DNA of 64,000 nucleotides. It comes from Bacilli bacterium. Its GTDB lineage: Bacteria; Bacillota_I; Bacilli_A; RFN20; CAG-826. This document shows, piece by piece, positions 1 to 8,071 of the stretch; within the stretch, counting starts at the first letter, position 1, and each line of letters opens with the position of its first letter. Under the pieces are notes generated by a model. That model saw only the letters and a program-made list of their open reading frames with translations, was not told the origin of the DNA and ran no database searches. Position numbers and translations under genes: made by a program. The stretch spans positions 256,711 to 320,710 of the forward strand of contig JAGAYY010000025.1 of NCBI GenBank assembly GCA_017940265.1, written 5' to 3'.

Positions 1-1
1 G

Positions 2-322
2 ATTAATAGTTTTGAAGAATTAACTAAGCGATTAATTGAGATAAGAACCGATGTAGATGATGCTATTAATACATTAGAGCAGGTTCCTAGTACTGGCCCT
101 TCCGAATATGCTATCTATAGGTTCAAGGGAAATAAATCTATATCTATTAAAGACTACTTCGTTGATTCTAATATTTATAATGGGGCTATTTGGGGACCAG
201 AACCAAAATTGATGAGTGAATTAGAGGCTGAAGTAATTATTAAATATTTAGAATTTAGTAATAACGATGAGTATAAATACAGCATCATACATCTGGTACC
301 GGGAGAAACCAAGACTAAATAA
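2..322 (+). CDS. small basic-loop protein, tandem family copy 0 (5'-partial at window edge)
   Basis: Frame open from window edge to TAA 320-322 (own translation; not in ORF track, no Met). Family core AIYRFKGNKSISIKDYF..W.. Confidence 0.45.
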   Translation: MNSFEELTKRLIEIRTDVDDAINTLEQVPSTGPSEYAIYRFKGNKSISIKDYFVDSNIYNGAIWGPEPKLMSELEAEVIIKYLEFSNNDEYKYSIIHLVPGETKTK

Positions 323-512
323 GAAACGACCAATCATCCGAGAATACTACCAACGTAATCTTGATAAGGTTCCGGATTCAAACGCTTATTGGACTACTGA
401 TAAGAGTCGTGCTATGAGATTTAGTGAGGTGGGACTAGCCGATTGTTTTTGGTGGGCCTTAGATTCTATGGACCCATATAATTATGGATATGAAGAAATT
501 TGTGATAGTTAA
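267..512 (+). CDS. small basic-loop protein, family copy 1
   Basis: 81-aa ORF; core YIWYREKPRLNKKRPIIREYY..YWTTDKSRAMRF..GYEEI; overlaps copy 0 by 56 nt. Confidence 0.55.
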   Translation: MSINTASYIWYREKPRLNKKRPIIREYYQRNLDKVPDSNAYWTTDKSRAMRFSEVGLADCFWWALDSMDPYNYGYEEICDS

Positions 513-696
513 AACCAAAGGAAGTAAACGAAAATCTAAGAAAGAATATTTTATAGGAGAATGGCATTTTAGCCCAGATCCTAGAAATGCTACTTTGTTT
601 AACTCTAAGAAAGAGGCCTCTGGTATTAGGTTTAGACTTGAGACCGGAGCTGATACTTCTTGTGAGATCTATAAGATATTAGAATGGGATACCTAG
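484..696 (+). CDS. small basic-loop protein, family copy 2
   Basis: 70-aa ORF; core FVIVKTKGSKRKSKKEYF..RNATLF..EA. Confidence 0.6.
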   Translation: MDMKKFVIVKTKGSKRKSKKEYFIGEWHFSPDPRNATLFNSKKEASGIRFRLETGADTSCEIYKILEWDT

Positions 697-935
697 TCTA
701 TAAGGAGGGTGGTAGAAATAAACTTTCTATAATTCGATTCTACTTCAGGGAGGATACCGCTTCTAACTTGAAGTTTAGATTAACTAGAGAAAGAAAGGAA
801 GCTACTATATTTCCTAACTACGAAACTGCCAATAAAGCTCTCCACGATTATATTACAAAGTGTTTTTGTTTTGGCTGTGTGGATAAACCTGGAACACCAT
901 TTGGAATAGAAGATGAATTTGAGGAAATGGATTAG
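684..935 (+). CDS. small basic-loop protein, family copy 3
   Basis: 83-aa ORF; core LVYKEGGRNKLSIIRFYF..RKEATIF..GIEDEF; 13-nt overlap with copy 2. Confidence 0.6.
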   Translation: MGYLVYKEGGRNKLSIIRFYFREDTASNLKFRLTRERKEATIFPNYETANKALHDYITKCFCFGCVDKPGTPFGIEDEFEEMD

Positions 936-1227
936 TAGGTTTTTCTCTGAATCCCCATCCTTCCCTCCTCCACCATTAATTTCTTATTATATCGTTATCT
1001 ATGTATTAAAAGGACGAAAGAAAAAGTCTAGGAAAAGGTGGTGGTATGCAGGAGAATATAAGGGAGAACCAGTTTGGACAATAGATCAAGACGCTGCTAA
1101 GAAATTTGATGAACATAGTGAACACGGAGAAATCATGTTTATAGTAAAAGACCTATACGCCCGAACTCCGGAAGCCTTAGAGGTTGGTTATGTCAAGTTA
1201 CGCTATCAAGAAAGGACGTGGAAATAA
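913..1227 (+). CDS. small basic-loop protein, family copy 4
   Basis: 104-aa ORF; core IVIYVLKGRKKKSRKRWWY..VWTIDQDAAKKF. Confidence 0.6.
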   Translation: MNLRKWISRFFSESPSFPPPPLISYYIVIYVLKGRKKKSRKRWWYAGEYKGEPVWTIDQDAAKKFDEHSEHGEIMFIVKDLYARTPEALEVGYVKLRYQERTWK

Positions 1228-1360
1228 AAGATGGCCTACTAGGTGGTGGACTAGTAATGGTTGGGGTCCTAGAAGAGAAGCTACCATATATGACTATGAT
1301 TCTGCTCTTCTAATGACATTAATGATACATGATAATTGCCAAGTTTTTAAAGTGGATTAA
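1190..1360 (+). CDS. small basic-loop protein, family copy 5 (56 aa, below ORF-track cutoff)
   Basis: Own translation: MSSYAIKKGRGNKRWPTRWWTSNGWGPRREATIYDYDSALL..*; ATG 1190, TAA 1358-1360; fills the gap between copies 4 and 6 and carries the family motifs. Confidence 0.45.
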   Translation: MSSYAIKKGRGNKRWPTRWWTSNGWGPRREATIYDYDSALLMTLMIHDNCQVFKVD

Positions 1361-1610
1361 GGGACTAAAGAAAAAGAAAGAGCCTACTATAATACATCGA
1401 ACATTCTGGCTTATCCGACTTTCTGGAAATAAACGAAAATCTGGAAAACTATATTATACTAGGGCTGAGAAAAAGTGGGTAGATAAAAATTCAGCTACTA
1501 GATTTTTTAGTCCTAAGGATGCAGAAAATATTACCAAAGCACTTAAACTTATCGGCTATGACTGCAGAGTTGAAGAAGAAATTCAGAATATTCCGATTAA
1601 TAGGAAATAA
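1329..1610 (+). CDS. small basic-loop protein, family copy 6
   Basis: 93-aa ORF; core FWLIRLSGNKRKSGKLYY..NSATRFF..DAENI..GYDCRVEEE. Confidence 0.6.
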   Translation: MIIAKFLKWIKGLKKKKEPTIIHRTFWLIRLSGNKRKSGKLYYTRAEKKWVDKNSATRFFSPKDAENITKALKLIGYDCRVEEEIQNIPINRK

Positions 1611-1815
1611 AAAGAAAAAGAGAAAATTATACTTTGATGCAAGAAACCCAGATATTCCGACTTTTAGTCAAAAAGAATATATATTTACTAGTACTGAATC
1701 AATAGTAAGAAAAGCTGTTGTTAGAATATTAGATTTTCATCCAGAAGCAAAACTAGGATATGAAGAGGTGGATAGTAATGACAACTTGGGGATCACAAAA
1801 GAAAAAGACTCTTGA
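1558..1815 (+). CDS. small basic-loop protein, family copy 7
   Basis: Core FRIFRLIGNKKKKRKLYF..LGYEEV. Longest ORF starts at 1519; the internal ATG at 1558 gives a shorter overlap. Start uncertain. Confidence 0.5.
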   Translation: MTAELKKKFRIFRLIGNKKKKRKLYFDARNPDIPTFSQKEYIFTSTESIVRKAVVRILDFHPEAKLGYEEVDSNDNLGITKEKDS

Positions 1816-1993
1816 GTATATATGTAGAACAGAAGATAATACTGCTTTTACATTAACAAAAGAAAAATCAGAAGCATATTTATTTGATGACTTTAAAGTT
1901 GCGGCTGATCTAAGGGCCAGCATAATGAAACTCTATTATGGAAAACGAGTTATTATCAAAGAAACAGATTTTAATATCATATCGAGGAAATAA
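1760..1993 (+). CDS. small basic-loop protein, family copy 8
   Basis: 77-aa ORF; core WIVMTTWGSQKKKTLEYI..SEAYLF; 56-nt overlap with copy 7. Confidence 0.55.
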   Translation: MKRWIVMTTWGSQKKKTLEYICRTEDNTAFTLTKEKSEAYLFDDFKVAADLRASIMKLYYGKRVIIKETDFNIISRK

Positions 1994-2156
1994 AAAGAGA
2001 TCATTTTCCGGGTATATCCAACATATTGGGCCTCTTAAAACTAAAATAACTAAAGACAGAAAGGAAGCTACTATATTTTCTGATCTTTCCTCCCTGTTTC
2101 TAGCCATCAAAGTAACCCCTGGAAGAACGAAAACAAAAAATTTGAGTGAAAGTTAA
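1938..2156 (+). CDS. small basic-loop protein, family copy 9
   Basis: 72-aa ORF; core ILISYRGNKKRSFSGYI..RKEATIF; 56-nt overlap with copy 8. Confidence 0.55.
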   Translation: MENELLSKKQILISYRGNKKRSFSGYIQHIGPLKTKITKDRKEATIFSDLSSLFLAIKVTPGRTKTKNLSES

Positions 2157-2175
2157 TTCTTTCACTCTTTTATTT
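2144..2175. terminator. bidirectional intrinsic terminator at the convergence of + and - gene trains
   Basis: Perfect 9-bp stem GAGTGAAAG(2144-2152)/CTTTCACTC(2159-2167), loop TTAATT, followed by TTTTATTT and preceded by an A-run. Both converging stop codons lie inside it. Confidence 0.6.
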
Positions 2176-2497
2176 CCACACCAAAATAAAACCACAAGAT
2201 ATACTTGAGCTCAGGAAGTGTAGGATCTTCGGAATAAGGAGATTCTATATATCTTGGAGTATTAATCACTTGATCTAATATTTCATATTTAACCCATCTC
2301 GGACCAAATAACTTCAACCCAGGGAGACTATGAAACAAAGATACTCCCATATACTGAATTCCCTTAAATATTCTAGGACTTAATAGCCTAAACTTTTGAC
2401 CTTTACCTTTTCCAATAATTTCTAGGTAGAGTCTTGGTCTTATTTTAACATAATAGATAATTACTGAACCACATACTATAACCCAATATTTATACAT
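2162..2497 (-). CDS. hypothetical protein with N-terminal hydrophobic segment
   Basis: 111-aa ORF directly downstream of the flotillin gene; N-terminus YWVIVCGSVIIYYV. Confidence 0.5.
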   Translation of the reverse strand: MYKYWVIVCGSVIIYYVKIRPRLYLEIIGKGKGQKFRLLSPRIFKGIQYMGVSLFHSLPGLKLFGPRWVKYEILDQVINTPRYIESPYSEDPTLPELKYILWFYFGVEIKE

Positions 2498-2539
2498 AGA
2501 AAATGAGAGAGTCCTTTTTTTTTGAACCCTCTCATAAAT

Positions 2540-4102
2540 TTATTTAACAACAACGCCAGTATCGACTGAACCATCACCCTCGATCTTAACATTACGATCG
2601 GTTTTAGCAGCGATAGTATTGGTCTTAAGAATGTCGGCCATATCAACACCAGTCACGTCCTTCATAACATCCATGGTCTGTTTAATTACAGAAGGAACAT
2701 TACCTGCAAATCCTGCAGCCTCAGTTCCAGTAGTACCATAAATCTTGATATCACCAATCTTACCCATTGGTTCAGCAATACTTCGTGCAACCTCTGGCAT
2801 AACCTTTTCTGTCATCTTGGTTAGAATATCAATTACAGCGACATGACCATATTTCTCATAGGCTTCTGCTTTCTTCTGCATAGCTTGAGCTTCTGCCTCA
2901 CCCTTAGCCAGGATACCGGCTGCTTCTGCCTCTAATCCTGCTTGTTTAGCCGCAGCCTCAGCTTTACCCTTCGCTTCAATACCTGCAGCTTCCTGAAGAG
3001 CAGAATACTTATCAGCATCAGCTTTAACCTGAATAGCTTTAGCCTCCTGTTCAGCTAAATATGCCTTAGCTTCAGCCTCACGCTTCTGTTGTTCAAGTTT
3101 TGCCTGAGCATCAATCTCTGTCTGATATTTCTTAGCATCAGAGTTTACTTGAGTTTGATACTTTTCAGCATCGGCTTGAGCATTAACCTGGGCCTTAAGT
3201 TCATTTTGCTTAATTTTGATCTTTTCCTCAGAAAGAACTTGTTCACGCTTAGTTTGTTCAATCTGGGCATCAACAGTTTTAGTGTTGATAGTTTTTTGCT
3301 GTTCCTGCTTCTGAATTTCATATGCAGCATCAGCTTCAGCTTTCTTTGTGTCAGAGACCTTTTTAAGATCTGCTTTTTTAATTTCAAGCTCATTATTACG
3401 TTCAGCAATCTCAGTCTCTGTCTTAACTCTCACATCATTTGCTGTTTTCTTTGCTTCCTGTTCAGCAACGGCAATGTCACGTTCTGCATTTGCTTTGGTA
3501 ATAGCTGCATTCTTTCGGATAGCATAAGTATTATCAGCACCTAAGTTCTCGATAAGTTTATTTGAATCAGTTATGTTCTGAATATTACAAGAAATAACTT
3601 CAAGACCAAGTTTTGCCATATCCTTAGCAGCTTTTGCCTGAATTTCATCTGAGAACTTATCCCTGTCCGTGATTAAATTTTGGAGGGTTATGGCGCCAAC
3701 CACCTCTCTCATATTTCCCTCTAATGAATCCTTAATCTCAGAAGCAATCTGGGATGGATTCATGTTAAGAAAGTTTTTAGCGGCTAATCTTGTACCAGCT
3801 CCATCAGGTAAAGCTCTTACTTTGCACACAGCATCAACCATAACATCAATAAAATCATGCGTTGGTACTGGGATAGAAGTTTTTACATCCACAGAAACCT
3901 GGCCAAGAAACACCTTATCAAGACGTTCCAAGATAGGAATCTTAAATCCACCTGTACCAATAAGAACTCGAGGTTCTTTTTTAAGACCTGATAAAATGTA
4001 GGCATAAGATGGAGGAGCCTTAACATACATACTGAAGGCTAGTACCACCAATAGAACTACAACAATTGCAATTCCAATTAATACTAAATTTGAAGTAAAC
4101 AT
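2540..4102 (-). CDS. flotillin-like SPFH/Band-7 membrane protein
   Basis: 520 aa. N-terminal TM helix, SPFH core (..ILSGLKKEPRVLIGTGGFKIPILERL..GLEVISCNIQNITD..), long Ala/Glu/Lys/Gln coiled coil (AEAEAKA.., GLEAEAAGILAKGEAEAQA), C-terminal flotillin-type tail. Confidence 0.9.
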   Translation of the reverse strand: MFTSNLVLIGIAIVVVLLVVLAFSMYVKAPPSYAYILSGLKKEPRVLIGTGGFKIPILERLDKVFLGQVSVDVKTSIPVPTHDFIDVMVDAVCKVRALPDGAGTRLAAKNFLNMNPSQIASEIKDSLEGNMREVVGAITLQNLITDRDKFSDEIQAKAAKDMAKLGLEVISCNIQNITDSNKLIENLGADNTYAIRKNAAITKANAERDIAVAEQEAKKTANDVRVKTETEIAERNNELEIKKADLKKVSDTKKAEADAAYEIQKQEQQKTINTKTVDAQIEQTKREQVLSEEKIKIKQNELKAQVNAQADAEKYQTQVNSDAKKYQTEIDAQAKLEQQKREAEAKAYLAEQEAKAIQVKADADKYSALQEAAGIEAKGKAEAAAKQAGLEAEAAGILAKGEAEAQAMQKKAEAYEKYGHVAVIDILTKMTEKVMPEVARSIAEPMGKIGDIKIYGTTGTEAAGFAGNVPSVIKQTMDVMKDVTGVDMADILKTNTIAAKTDRNVKIEGDGSVDTGVVVK

Positions 4103-4132
4103 AATTTTTAGTTTATTTGTTTAATAATACAT

Positions 4133-4420
4133 TTATAAGGAATATACCCTTTCTCCAATTTTAAGAACATAATAAATCTTTCCAGGTTCGGCTCCCCAAT
4201 CTGGATTTCCGGATTTCACTTCTATTCCGTTAAGTTTAAATCTCATTCGTCTTGATAGGTCACTGCTCTTAGGATAACCAAGAGTAAATTCAACGAAGTC
4301 ATAGTGTTTTCCAACTAGTCTCTTCGTCCAATATTCTGTTATTTCTCGGTACTCTTCTATTTTGATACCAGCCTCAATTAATCGATACCATATTTCTTTA
4401 AGTGATAAGTATAATATCAT
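4133..4420 (-). CDS. hypothetical protein (possible ASCH/PUA-like fold)
   Basis: 95-aa ORF; LSLKEIWYRLIEAGIKIEEYRE..YW resembles the ASCH N-terminal pattern; weak, by eye. Confidence 0.55.
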   Translation of the reverse strand: MILYLSLKEIWYRLIEAGIKIEEYREITEYWTKRLVGKHYDFVEFTLGYPKSSDLSRRMRFKLNGIEVKSGNPDWGAEPGKIYYVLKIGERVYSL

Positions 4421-4604
4421 AATGATCTACAAAATTATCATTATCTAGGTCCTTAATAGCTTCTTCCTCAGTATCAAATCTACAGGCACAAACATGATGA
4501 CTGGTAAGATTAACGAAACAATATTTACCAGAGGCACGATCAAACATAATCTCTGTTTCTCGCACAGATCCATCCTTTCTAGTGACTATTATTCTTCTCG
4601 GCAT
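4398..4604 (-). CDS. hypothetical protein
   Basis: 68-aa ORF in overlapping minus-strand gene train. Confidence 0.5.
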   Translation of the reverse strand: MPRRIIVTRKDGSVRETEIMFDRASGKYCFVNLTSHHVCACRFDTEEEAIKDLDNDNFVDHYDIILIT

Positions 4605-5217
4605 CTTTTCCCTCTAGGATTAGTTGTATATCGAATGAACTCTTCCAAGCTAGATCTTCTGGTATATCACTAGCACTTACACTTAGTTCACCAGTAAATT
4701 TATCCGTTGAAACCCACACACCTTCCCGAGGATAATCATCATTCTTTTCAAAGTAGAGATTTATTTCGTAGTCATCATCATAAATTTCCGGATCTATAAT
4801 TCCAGCACGATCTGTAGTATATCCAAGTACATCAAGAACAGGGTACAACTCCTCTATAACCCACTTCATATTCTTTGCATGTGCCATAGCGATTTTATAT
4901 TCCTGCAAGATCGGATTACAGACTACCTTAATAGTTTCTTCGAGTATATCAAGACTATATTTATTACGTATGTCCGGCTCCTTAACTAATAGAATTCCCG
5001 GACTTCCAAATTCATCATCATTTGTATAGAAAGTGTTATTTGAGATAAAGATGCTATCTACCTCCCCTGATGTATTATCTACATTAATCCATACAAACCT
5101 ATCATCCTTCCCCTCATAATAAAAAGAAGTGAATTCCTCTTCTATATCAGTATTATCTGGAGAAGGTTTATATCCGTATAACCTAAGTATCTTTTCGTAT
5201 GTATTTATAGACTGCAT
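4579..5217 (-). CDS. hypothetical acidic protein
   Basis: 212-aa ORF in gene train, no recognisable motif. Confidence 0.7.
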   Translation of the reverse strand: MQSINTYEKILRLYGYKPSPDNTDIEEEFTSFYYEGKDDRFVWINVDNTSGEVDSIFISNNTFYTNDDEFGSPGILLVKEPDIRNKYSLDILEETIKVVCNPILQEYKIAMAHAKNMKWVIEELYPVLDVLGYTTDRAGIIDPEIYDDDYEINLYFEKNDDYPREGVWVSTDKFTGELSVSASDIPEDLAWKSSFDIQLILEGKDAEKNNSH

Positions 5218-5614
5218 AATGTTCTAATAAAGGTAATCCATTTATTCTCTGTTTCAGTATCGACTTAAGAACTTTATCCGGATTTCTGAAGTGAATACAT
5301 TTTCCACGTTCTTTATCTGTTATCTCACTACCAACGTTTATACTAATTGAATCAATCTCCTTAACCGGTATTTTAGATGCAGTAGTATATTTATTTTTCC
5401 TGATAAAATCTAATACTGCTGTATATCTGAAATTTATAGTAATCATGGAGGGTATCCAAGAAGTATCTACCTGATCTAATGCTTCCCAGATAGTTTTCCC
5501 CTCAGACATACTTTCCTTGAGATTACTAACTAATACATGAGGGTCGATTCTTCTTGTATCAGGTAACTCAAGATAAAACCAAAGAGACTTTCCTATAAAT
5601 CCAGAATCAATCAT
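5183..5614 (-). CDS. hypothetical protein
   Basis: 143-aa ORF in gene train. Confidence 0.65.
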   Translation of the reverse strand: MIDSGFIGKSLWFYLELPDTRRIDPHVLVSNLKESMSEGKTIWEALDQVDTSWIPSMITINFRYTAVLDFIRKNKYTTASKIPVKEIDSISINVGSEITDKERGKCIHFRNPDKVLKSILKQRINGLPLLEHYAVYKYIRKDT

Positions 5615-6015
5615 AAGGCATCAATCGCATTAATCAATATTTCTCGCTCATCTTTTCCTATATAAGCGTCTGTCACAATTTTCTTTAATCGTTTCTTAAG
5701 AACCTCGAGGTCTTGGATAGGGCACATCTTTATTTCATGTGTCTTCTCATCCATATAGTAACCGAGAGATTCCAACAAAGATTTCATATCATCTACCTGT
5801 TCCTCTTTAGCTACTCTCCAAAAATGAGGCCAAGTATCATCATGTCTTTTAATTCCCCACTTAGTAATTCGTGTGACAGAATCCATTTCAATTCCTGGCG
5901 GCGGATATTCACATCTAGATCCCAAGCCTTCATAGATAGCATAGTACGGTTCCCCAAAACTATCGTTATCTCTGTTCACTAAGATCTCACCTTTCTTATA
6001 ACTTAGAGGCCTCAT
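5611..6015 (-). CDS. hypothetical protein, tandem paralog 1 of 3
   Basis: N-terminus YKKGEILV..YAIYEG and C-terminus LKKRLKKIV..EREILINAIDAL are shared with the next two ORFs. Confidence 0.7.
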   Translation of the reverse strand: MRPLSYKKGEILVNRDNDSFGEPYYAIYEGLGSRCEYPPPGIEMDSVTRITKWGIKRHDDTWPHFWRVAKEEQVDDMKSLLESLGYYMDEKTHEIKMCPIQDLEVLKKRLKKIVTDAYIGKDEREILINAIDAL

Positions 6016-6410
6016 ACAAGACTATCGATTGCATCTGTTAATATAGCTTTATCGGTTTCAGACCTGTCAGACTCGACAACAAGTTCTAATAGTTTATTCT
6101 TAAGAACTTCCATATCGAAAATTCTATTAAGTCTAAGTTCACCTTTTAGATTTAAGTGATAACCCATTTCTGTCAAAATATCAAGGGCAGTTTCTAATTC
6201 CATACCCTTAGCACTTTTCCATTGATGGTTCCAGATTTTCATATCTCTCCAGACCCTACCAACAGAATCGAGTAAATATGCAGAACTTAGCATTTTCCCA
6301 TGAGCTTCACCAATTTCCTCTTGATAGATACAAAACCTAGGCCCTGTTGTTCTCGGAGGGTCAGCTGGTTGGATCAATATCTCTCCCTTCCTGAATTTTG
6401 CTGATTCCAT
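6012..6410 (-). CDS. hypothetical protein, tandem paralog 2 of 3
   Basis: FRKGEILI..FCIYQE..LKNKLLELV..DKAILTDAIDSL. Confidence 0.7.
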   Translation of the reverse strand: MESAKFRKGEILIQPADPPRTTGPRFCIYQEEIGEAHGKMLSSAYLLDSVGRVWRDMKIWNHQWKSAKGMELETALDILTEMGYHLNLKGELRLNRIFDMEVLKNKLLELVVESDRSETDKAILTDAIDSLV

Positions 6411-6813
6411 CTAGTAAGTATTGTTTTTCTGTCTCTTCAATATCAGAACACAAGATAGCTTCAAATAATCTAGACTTAAGGTCCTTGGGAATACCAGGTC
6501 TAGGAATACTTCGATATTCTCCCTCAATCCATACCTTCCCTTGATCCTTAAGATATCTATTTATAGTTTCTACCTCTCCTGGACAAGCTAACTTCCAATT
6601 TGGGACATAAGTACTCATCCATTCCTGTCTACCTCCATCCCAAATATGATCTACCCAACCACGATTCTTTTCTTTTTTACTGTAACCCTGAAAAATACCA
6701 AGAACATGGATTGGATTCTCAATACCAAGATCTATATCAGCAGAAACATAATCACCTTTCTTGAACCCTGTATGTACTGTAGACATATACACTCTCAATT
6801 TCTGGTTCATCAT
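6361..6813 (-). CDS. hypothetical protein, tandem paralog 3 of 3
   Basis: FKKGDYV..LGIFQG..LKSRLFEAI..EKQYLLDGISKI. Confidence 0.65.
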   Translation of the reverse strand: MMNQKLRVYMSTVHTGFKKGDYVSADIDLGIENPIHVLGIFQGYSKKEKNRGWVDHIWDGGRQEWMSTYVPNWKLACPGEVETINRYLKDQGKVWIEGEYRSIPRPGIPKDLKSRLFEAILCSDIEETEKQYLLDGISKIQEGRDIDPTS

Positions 6814-7348
6814 AGAGATAGTCTGTCATGGTGTTTTGGTCACCTATATAAGATCCCCATTTCTCCCATCTCCAACCATCTCTGGGTGGTTCATCTTTCT
6901 TGCGGATCTCCGACATTATAATAACGAATTCAAAACCCTTCCATTTTTCCAAGGCCTTAATTCTTTTATCACGTTCGAGGATTTGCTGGTAATTATCACA
7001 TACACCATAAGGATAGGAGATCCATACCTTACCTTTCTCGTGCTCTCCAAGTCTTTTAATGAAACCAGTACTAATACCTAGGAGACTAGATAATTTACCC
7101 AGGTTCCTTTTGGTGGGTAGATATTCACAGTTCACTAAATGATATGTTCGCTCAAGAAACATAGGCTTATTAACATCCCAATATTCATATATCCCCGGGG
7201 CTAACTCTTTAAAAACGTCACCTATCTTGAGATCCCGCCACATCCTATATACATCTTCTCCATAATCTCGCCTGAAGTCTTCTAATAATTCAGTGCGACC
7301 AGGAGAACTAACATAATACTCATTCGAATCAAAATATAATTTTTTCAT
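6752..7348 (-). CDS. hypothetical protein
   Basis: Longest ORF runs to 7471 but overlaps the upstream gene. ATG at 7348 (MKKLYFDSNEYY..) follows the stop of the 7375-7686 gene. Confidence 0.6.
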   Translation of the reverse strand: MKKLYFDSNEYYVSSPGRTELLEDFRRDYGEDVYRMWRDLKIGDVFKELAPGIYEYWDVNKPMFLERTYHLVNCEYLPTKRNLGKLSSLLGISTGFIKRLGEHEKGKVWISYPYGVCDNYQQILERDKRIKALEKWKGFEFVIIMSEIRKKDEPPRDGWRWEKWGSYIGDQNTMTDYLYDEPEIESVYVYSTYRVQER

Positions 7349-7374
7349 ATCTAATAATAAGGAAAATAAAAGAA

Positions 7375-7686
7375 CTAGATAACAACATAATCGTTTTCTA
7401 GTTCTATTTCCAAGTATATGTAATAACATCCCGGTAGATCCTCTAGAATCCAAGTTCCTTTTCCAGGACATGAATCTCCGAGAGGCGTCCGAATTATTAT
7501 ACCATCTACCATTCCATTTGGCGTTCGGATTTTATCCATATAAGCATATTCACCAGCAAACTCCAGGATCTCATCATAGTTATCGCCAGTAAATTTAATT
7601 GCCCTATGAACTTTTCCTTTCTTCTTATGATTCCAAGTAGGTCTTAATCGAATCACACCACTACTATTGTTCTTCGTTAAGTTCAA
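7375..7686 (-). CDS. hypothetical protein
   Basis: 103-aa ORF in gene train. Confidence 0.6.
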   Translation of the reverse strand: MNLTKNNSSGVIRLRPTWNHKKKGKVHRAIKFTGDNYDEILEFAGEYAYMDKIRTPNGMVDGIIIRTPLGDSCPGKGTWILEDLPGCYYIYLEIELENDYVVI

Positions 7687-8071
7687 GTTGTTCAGTTTTA
7701 ATTACACTACAATACATAATAGGTTTTCCTGGATGTATGATTATCTCTGAGTTCCCTAAGTTTATTAAATGAGTAGTTAGTTCACCATCAGCAGTAAATA
7801 GACAATCCATTAATAAACACGTATTCCTATTCCCAGAATGTTTTATTATTGAGTAGGCATCATTTGACGGTAGAGTAGCTTGAGTAGGGATAAACCTATA
7901 CAAATGAAATCCAGGAAAAACAAGATCCGACGGAATAATTATATCAGAACACGGAAGGAGGACAGATTCAGGAAGATCATCTGGATAATACACTTTAAGC
8001 ACTACGCCAGATCCAAATATCAGGACTGGATCTCTTGTGTTTCTAATCTTACGGTAACTTAAAGAAATCAT
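7664..8071 (-). CDS. hypothetical protein (weak dUTPase/dCTP-deaminase-like pattern)
   Basis: 135 aa; ..ADGELTTHLINLGNSEIIIHPGKPIMYCSVI resembles the dUTPase beta-barrel motif; weak. Confidence 0.55.
   Translation of the reverse strand: MISLSYRKIRNTRDPVLIFGSGVVLKVYYPDDLPESVLLPCSDIIIPSDLVFPGFHLYRFIPTQATLPSNDAYSIIKHSGNRNTCLLMDCLFTADGELTTHLINLGNSEIIIHPGKPIMYCSVIKTEQLELNEEQ

Noticed and set aside
2498-2539. Terminator between the flotillin gene and the 2162-2497 gene
   Set aside because: The 7-bp stem ATGAGAG/CTCTCAT has a 19-nt loop made largely of a T/A run and no proper downstream U-tract on the minus strand. Too weak to call.
3089-4001. ORFs 3089-3544(+), 3145-3408(-) and 3669-4001(+) inside the flotillin gene
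   Set aside because: Alternative or antisense frames of the repetitive coiled-coil coding region. Their translations are low-complexity Leu/Phe/Ser strings, while the flotillin frame is unambiguous.
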